Part shown: one piece after another, positions 12,170 through 18,136 of the stretch
How positions within the stretch are numbered: position 1 is the first letter of the stretch
Layout of the letters: every line of letters begins with the position of its first letter
Assembly (NCBI GenBank): GCA_002104945.1
Contig: MCFH01000197.1
Span: 1 to 18,136 of the forward strand
DNA: 18,136 nt
Direction: 5' to 3'
Origin: Piromyces finnis finn
Taxonomy: Eukaryota; Fungi; Neocallimastigomycota
Program-made: the position numbers and the translations under genes
The notes under the pieces: model-generated
Told to the model about the DNA's origin: nothing
The model's database searches: none
What the model saw: only the letters and a program-made list of their open reading frames with translations

Positions 12170-12221
12170 AATATTGGAAACAAAAAAAAAGAAAAAAAAA
12201 TTTTTTTTTGTTTCCAATATT
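12170..12221. repeat. Short inverted repeat (hairpin) upstream of copy 3; 21-bp perfect arms, 10-nt loop
   Basis: aatattggaaacaaaaaaaaa-gaaaaaaaaa-tttttttttgtttccaatatt. Confidence 0.9.
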
Positions 12222-12988
12222 AAAAAATTTTTTTTCGGTAAAATAATTATTATTATTATTTTTTTTTTTTTAATTTTAATGTATAAATTGAAAAATCAAA
12301 TTTTTATTTGCATTTTTTATGGTTTCTAAAAAAAAAAGAAAGAAAGAATAAGCAATAATAAAAAAGAAATAAAATAATTCTAATTCTTTTATCAATTTAT
12401 TGTTATTGAAATATTCAATAATCAAAATAATCTTTTTAATAAAAACAAATAAATTTATTATTACTAATTAATTATTATTATTTTAAAATAATTGATTGTT
12501 TGTTTGTTGGTTTTTTTTTCATATTAAATTAAATGCTGATGAATTTGAATATTAAACATACTTCTAACTTTAGTTTTTTCTTTTCTTTAATTGTAATTTC
12601 ACCATAATAATTTTTTTGTATTTTATGGTGGGTGGGTTAAAAGTTTTTTATTTTCCTTTTTTTTAAGTATATTTTTTATAAAATGAAAATTTTTGAAAAA
12701 TATAAATTTTACATGAGATTTTGAAAATTTTAAAAAGTCATAAAACAATAAAATAATTATTAGTTTAATAATAAATATTTTATTTAAAACCCATTTTGTA
12801 TAATAGTGTATATATTTAAAATCATTATTTATTGTAGAATAGAAAAAATCAACAAAATAGAAAAAAATGCTTGGCAAGAATATTTTAAGGTTTCTAAAAT
12901 CATCATTCTTATTATGACTATGAAAATGAATAGTTTATTCATAAACTAATGATATATATAATATTTTATAATTATTCACTGAAAAAAC

Positions 12989-15900
12989 ATAAAAACTAAC
13001 ATGTATATTTACATATATATTTAAAAATATAAATTTAAAAAATATATTTTTTACAGTATCATTGGTTTATTATTTGTTGGTCGTACCTTAGCACAACAAA
13101 GTAAATATAAGAAATATTAATAAGAATTAATATACCAAAAAAAATAATAAAAAACTAAAATGGTTTATTTTTTGAATTTATAATTTAATAAATAAAGGTA
13201 ATGCTTTACCAGCATGTGAAGATATTTCAAGTCGTCAAGAGAGAAGAAGAGCATTTAATAGTGACAATTGTAATAGTGCTGGTAAAACTGTATCATACTG
13301 TATAGATTCAGGTAAATATTACGACGTAACTTCTTTAGAAAATTTTGCATGTAAATCATCACAATTTACTGGAGGTGTTCATGTTTTCATGAATGGAGGA
13401 GATGTTGGAATAAGTGAAATTAATTTAACTGGTGAAAATTCAATCCAATTGGAGAGGAAATGATGAAAAATTATCTATGTATCTTTGTGATATAAAGTGT
13501 TTGTAAACAAACTGAAGGTTATATTTAAAGTAATTATGGTACTGAAGAACAAAATAAAAAAGAAGACTATTACGAAATTAAATTGAATTCCAGTAAAAAA
13601 GCAGAAAAAAGTTACTGATAAATGTGATGGAAACAATAGAATTGGTTTACAATCTTCTACTTATGGTGTTTGTTTATCTGTAAAAGGTGAAAGTGTTGAA
13701 TTTGGTGCGAACAAAAATTATATCTTAGATGGTACATTAGCTAGTGATTCAATCTTTAAATCTGTTGCTAATAATAAAGATGGTATTGTTTTAACTCGTG
13801 ATGTAAGCAAAATTTATTTCAATAATATTTATACTGGTAAGTATTCACAATTAATTAAAATTAAAAAAAATATATATAAAAGATATTTAATTTAATTTAA
13901 TCAAAATAATTAATCATCATTAAAAAATAATATTTATTCATAAAAATAAATAGATGAAGAATTTTGTCAATATCAAGATAAGAAATAATCAAAAGAAAAG
14001 AACAATTTGTTAGTGGTACCATTTTAAATACCTTATACGATTGTGCAGATGGTGTTTGTGATATATCTAAAGTTCCTGAAAATGTTGGTTAGTATTTAAA
14101 TATATATTAGATTAAAATTTATTATAATAAAAAGCAATTTTCAAAGAGTACAATATTAATTGAAAAATAAATATTTTATTAATAATGGTAATTAGAAAAT
14201 GGAAATTATTTAGTAGATGGTATAATTTATAATCGTTCAGGTGCTGAAATTGAAAAACTAACTGAATCAGGAATTTTTGCATTCAAACAAAATGATAATG
14301 ATGATATTACTTATAGTAATTTATTAAGATCATTTGATTCATTAAGTAAAGATGATCTTGGTTCAGTTTATCTTTATGATTGTGTTAATGGAGTATGTAC
14401 CCGTACCTCTGGTTTTAAAAATATGGTACAAGTACTAATGGATCAATAGCTTTAGCCGAATGTACTAAAGAAAGTGGATGTAAAACTTTAGATTCTGTAG
14501 ATTGTACATCTGGAACTGAAGATGGTAAAATTAATTTGGATGGAAATAATAACATGAATCTTTGTGTTTTAGGATTATTATCTTCCTCAACTTATAATCT
14601 TATTGGTACTACAATGTATGAAACTAATTCAGACAAGAGTATTATTGGAGCAAAACAAAGTAAACTATGATATAAATATTTTTTTTATTATTAAAAAATT
14701 TGTAAAAATTTATTTATTGAAATATTAATTAATACCAATTTAATTTTGTTATTTTAAATTTTTAATATGAAAATAATTTTTTATAGCTGGTAGTTCTTTA
14801 AGGAAGGTGAACTTAAAGTTTGTACTTCTGGTGTTTGTCAAAAACTAGAAGGTGCCGCTGGTTATTACTTAAATTCTTATACAAATAATGAAGATGAAAG
14901 AAAAAAATTAATTTCCTGTACTAATGGTAGTTGTGAACTCAATGATCCAAAGAATGGTTACTACATCAACAAAGATAGTACTAATTCTAAAACGGCAATC
15001 TTTGTGATGCTACTCTTGATGGAGTTAGTTGTAAAGAAACTGTTCTTGCTACTAGTTGTACTAATAATGCCAATAAACTTGTTTACGATAATAATTTCAA
15101 ATATGTGATGGTAATAATGTTAAAAGGCATTCCAGGTGATTCTTCAACTGTTAATCTTTATGAAGTTAGTGATGTTAAAGGAATCAGGAATTAATTATCC
15201 AATAGATTTCATTCAATCATCTTCAGGAAATAAGATGGTTATTCAAGTTAATCAATATTCAGTAACTCAATATATAGTGATCGAAATATAAATTAAGAAA
15301 AAATAATATAATTTATTATTTATTATTAATATTTAAAAATTTTATTAAATATTATTTTTGTTTTTTAGTATTCTGAACGGCGATGTAAAGAAAAATGAAT
15401 GTGTAAATGGAGATACCGGGATTAAATGTGATGATGCAAAAAAAGTTGTAAAATCTTTATTGTTGGAGCATGTGATCTTAAAGATATAAATGAAAACTGT
15501 AATTTTATATTAATTATTTATTATAAATTATATAAAATTAAATTAACTAATTTATAAAAAAAATATGATTAAATAATAGGTGATGGATACTATGTTAATG
15601 AAAGTAATAAATTACAAATGTGTGCTGTTGATAATGCAGAAAATAAAATTAACTGTAATGATGTTACTAAAATTGGTTACTTCAAAAACGATAGAGCTAA
15701 AACCTACATTAAATGTATTACTGATGGATCACAAACACAAACAATTAAATGTGAAGAACTTGAACAATTAGGAAGTACTTGTAGTGGTTGGTGACTTAAT
15801 TAAAGATGAAAGTGATAATGTAAAATTTGTGTTGAAAGTAATAATGGTAATGCTATTACTATATTCACAAATGAAGATTCCAAAAAATACTTTATCAAGG

Positions 15901-16263
15901 CATCTGGATTAAATTCTAGTATTACTGATGAACAAAAAAAGCATTACATAGTTAATGTCGCTGAAAATGAAGTTTTAACTGAAACTGCTGATTCTGGTAA
16001 TTAAATAATATTTTTAAAATGAATAATAAAACTTTTTATAAAGATGATATAAAAAAAAACTAATTCAATGAAAATTTTATTATTATTATTATATTTTTTT
16101 TTTAAAAAAATAGAATACAAGAAATATAAATATTAAAAAGTACTGGTACTCCAGCTATTTTAGTTAAGGGTGAACAAAAAGGTATTACTACAGGTGAATT
16201 AGTTGAATTTACTAAAAGTAAAGATAATGATAATACTTATGAAAAGAAAATATTTCTCAATAA
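12989..16263 (+). CDS. Copy 3: secreted Cys-rich scaffoldin-like repeat protein, ~800 aa after frame repair. Exons: 12989-13002, 13057-13100, 13198-13836, 13954-14087, 14196-14659, 14787-~15282, 15369-15498, 15580-15996, 16114-16263
   Basis: GT..AG introns (the exon-6 donor reads 'gaaatata' where other copies have 'gtaaatat'). Long open stretches: NALPACEDISSRQERRRAFNSDNCNSAGKTVSYCIDSGKYYDVTSLENFACKSSQFTGGVHVFMNGG; ENGNYLVDGIIYNRSGAEIEKLTESGIFAFKQNDNDDITYSNLLRSFDSLSKDDLGSVYLYDCVNGVCTRTSGF; CDGYYVNESNKLQMCAVDNAENKINCNDVTKIGYFKNDRAKTYIKCITDGSQTQTIKCEELEQLGSTC. Stop TAA at 16261-16263. Confidence 0.8.
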
Positions 16264-17244
16264 TATATTTATAATGAATTTAAATATTAAACCAAAAAAT
16301 ATTATACATTAATGAATTTGAAAAAAAAATTATTCTTGTATTTTTTTAATTGTTTAAAGAAAAAAGAAAATATATTATATATAATTAGTTTAAAGAAAAA
16401 AAATATATTATAATACAAAAAAAGAAAGGATAGTTTTAAAATTATTATAATGTAAATAGTGATGTATTATAATATTATTTTAAAAAAAAATACATAAAAA
16501 TAATATTATATATATAATCAATCGAATTTATATTTTATATAAAATTTAAAGATTATATTATTCTACTAACAAAATTATTGTATTTTTAATTCTTGAAAAG
16601 GAGAAAAACATTAAAAAAATAAAAGAATATTTATGTATAAAAAATAGAAATTTTATATATTTAAAAATTATTAAATTTTTATTTTTATTTTTTAAGAAAA
16701 ATGTTAATTCAAAAGGTAAAACTAAGAAAATGTTTTTAGTTTTTAGTTATTATATATTTAATATTTTTACTTAAAAAATTAAGATTGGAAATGAAAATGA
16801 AAGGATTATTATTATTTATTTTCAAATATTTTAAATTATTTTTCAATAATGGCCTAGGGATTACTCTTTAAATTATAATTATTTGCTTTAAAAGAACTTT
16901 TATTGATTATTTTTCACATTATAATTATTTACAAAATATAAAGTTTATTCTTATTACTTTCTTTTTTTATTAAAATATATTAAATAAAAAAAGTAGATTT
17001 TCTGTTATCAATAATTTTCTCATGTTTCTTCTTTTATTATAAAATTTGTAATTACTTTTTTTTATTTATTTTTTTTTTTTTTTTTTATTATTTTATTTTT
17101 TTATTTTATAAAAATAAATATTATATTTTTTTTATTATTTTATTTTTTATTTTATAAAAATAAATATTATATTTTTTTTATTATTATTTTATTTTATAAA
17201 ATTATTATTCGGAAATAGATCCGCTTCTATTAATTTTAATAAAA

Positions 17245-17292
17245 AATATTGGAAACAAAAAAAAGAAAAAAAAATTTTTTGTTTCCAATATT
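17245..17292. repeat. Short inverted repeat (hairpin) upstream of copy 4
   Basis: aatattggaaacaaaaaa ... ttttttgtttccaatatt. Confidence 0.9.
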
Positions 17293-18136
17293 AAAAAATT
17301 TTTTTTTGGTAAAATAATTATTATTTTTTTTTTTAATTTTAATGGATAAATTGAAAAATCAAATTTTTATTTGCATTTTTTATGGTTTCTAAAAAAAAAA
17401 AAAAAGAAAGAATAAAGCAATAATAAAAAAGAAATAAAATAATTCTAATTCTTTTTATCAATTTATTGTTATTGAAATATTCAAATAATCAAAAATATCT
17501 TTTTAATAAAAACAAATAAATTTATTATTACTAATTAATTATTATTATTTTAAAATAATTGATTGTTTGTTTCATTTTTTTTTTCAAATTAAAATAAATG
17601 CTGATGAATTTTGAATATTAAACATACTTCTAACTTTAGTTTTTCTTTCTTTTAATTGTAATTTCACCATAATTTTTTTTTGTATTTTTATGGTGGGTGG
17701 GTTAAAAGTTTTTATTTTCCTTTTTTTTAAGTATATTTTTAATAAAATGAAAATTTTTGAAAAATATAAATTTTGCATGAGATTTTGAAAATTTTAAAAA
17801 GTCATAAAACAATAAAATTAATTATTAGTTTAATAATAAATATTTTATTTAAAACCCATTTTGTATAATAGTGTATATATTTAGAATCATTATTTATTGT
17901 AGAATAGAAAAAATCAACAAAATAGAAAAAATGCTTGGCAAGAATTTTTAAGGTTTCTAAAATCTTCATTCTTATTATGACTATGAAAATGAATAGTTTA
18001 TTCATAAACTAATGATATATATAATATTTATAATTATTCACTGAAAAAACAATTTTTTTAAAAACTTAAACATGTATATTATATCATATTTATATTTAAA
18101 AAAATATAAAAATTTTTAAAAAAAAAATATATTTTT
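17245..18136 (+). repeat. Start of a fourth tandem unit: upstream region plus degraded exon 1/intron 1 of another gene copy, cut by the window end
   Basis: 17245-18050 matches 7211-8011 and 12170-12988 almost base for base (hairpin, ggtgggtggg, cttggcaag, cactgaaaaaac). The last ~90 nt contain apparent insertions. Confidence 0.9.

Larger units (their letters stand above)
2430..18136 (+). repeat. Head-to-tail tandem array of ~4.8-5.1 kb units (gene plus ~1.7 kb spacer), at least 3.2 copies
   Basis: The anchor attcgga(a)agagatccg recurs at 7171, 12134 and 17207 (periods 4963 and 5073). Homologous start positions fall at 3183, 8012 and 12989, and stops end at 6295, 11258 and 16263. Confidence 0.97.

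Noticed and set aside
12623-12877. ORF-track 84 aa ORF on the - strand (MPSIFFYF...)
   Set aside because: F/I/K/N-rich product typical of chance ORFs in AT-rich DNA. It lies in the repeated promoter and is not kept open as the same ORF in the other units.
15580-15771. ORF-track 63 aa ORF on the + strand
   Set aside because: Out-of-frame shadow of exon 8 of copy 3; the frame starting at 15582 (DGYYVNESNKLQMC...) carries the family motifs.
17584-17778. ORF-track 64 aa ORF on the - strand
   Set aside because: Low-complexity K/I-rich translation of promoter DNA; depends on homopolymer lengths that differ between units.
17802-18005. ORF-track 67 aa ORF on the - strand with a hydrophobic N-terminus (MNKLFIFIVII...)
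   Set aside because: It looks signal-like, but the homologous DNA in other units is split or shifted (12623-12877 uses another start and end). No splice or codon evidence.
2430-18136. rDNA, transposon/LTR tandem or CRISPR-like array
   Set aside because: No rRNA-like or GC-rich conserved blocks, no transposase/RT/integrase motifs in the translated exons, and no short repeat-spacer periodicity. The unit is an intron-containing host gene.

Overview
Extremely AT-rich eukaryotic DNA (by eye roughly 80-85% AT, long A/T tracts, short GT-AG introns). The composition and the encoded protein family point to an anaerobic gut fungus (Neocallimastigomycota); this is inferred, not proven. The whole window is one ~5 kb unit repeated: three complete head-to-tail copies on the + strand (about 2430-7210, 7211-12169, 12170-17244), the start of a fourth (17245-18136), and a partial inverted copy on the - strand (1-2354). 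The inverted copy makes a ~2.3 kb-arm palindrome with copy 1, centred at 2355-2415. Each unit holds one 9-exon gene for an ~800 aa secreted, Cys-rich repeat protein with GYYxN...LIxC-type repeats, resembling the scaffoldin-like family of anaerobic fungi but with no C-terminal membrane anchor. The ORF track misses these genes because of introns and many 1-bp deletions that look like long-read error. Main points of interest: (i) the fold-back junction, built from a genomic T-tract/A-tract pair at a short hairpin present in every unit; (ii) paralogs that are patchwork mosaics of each other, with hypervariable in-frame exon patches between near-identical introns and spacers; (iii) ATA instead of ATG at the apparent start codon of every readable copy; (iv) a conserved CGG-N8-CCG motif next to the hairpin.
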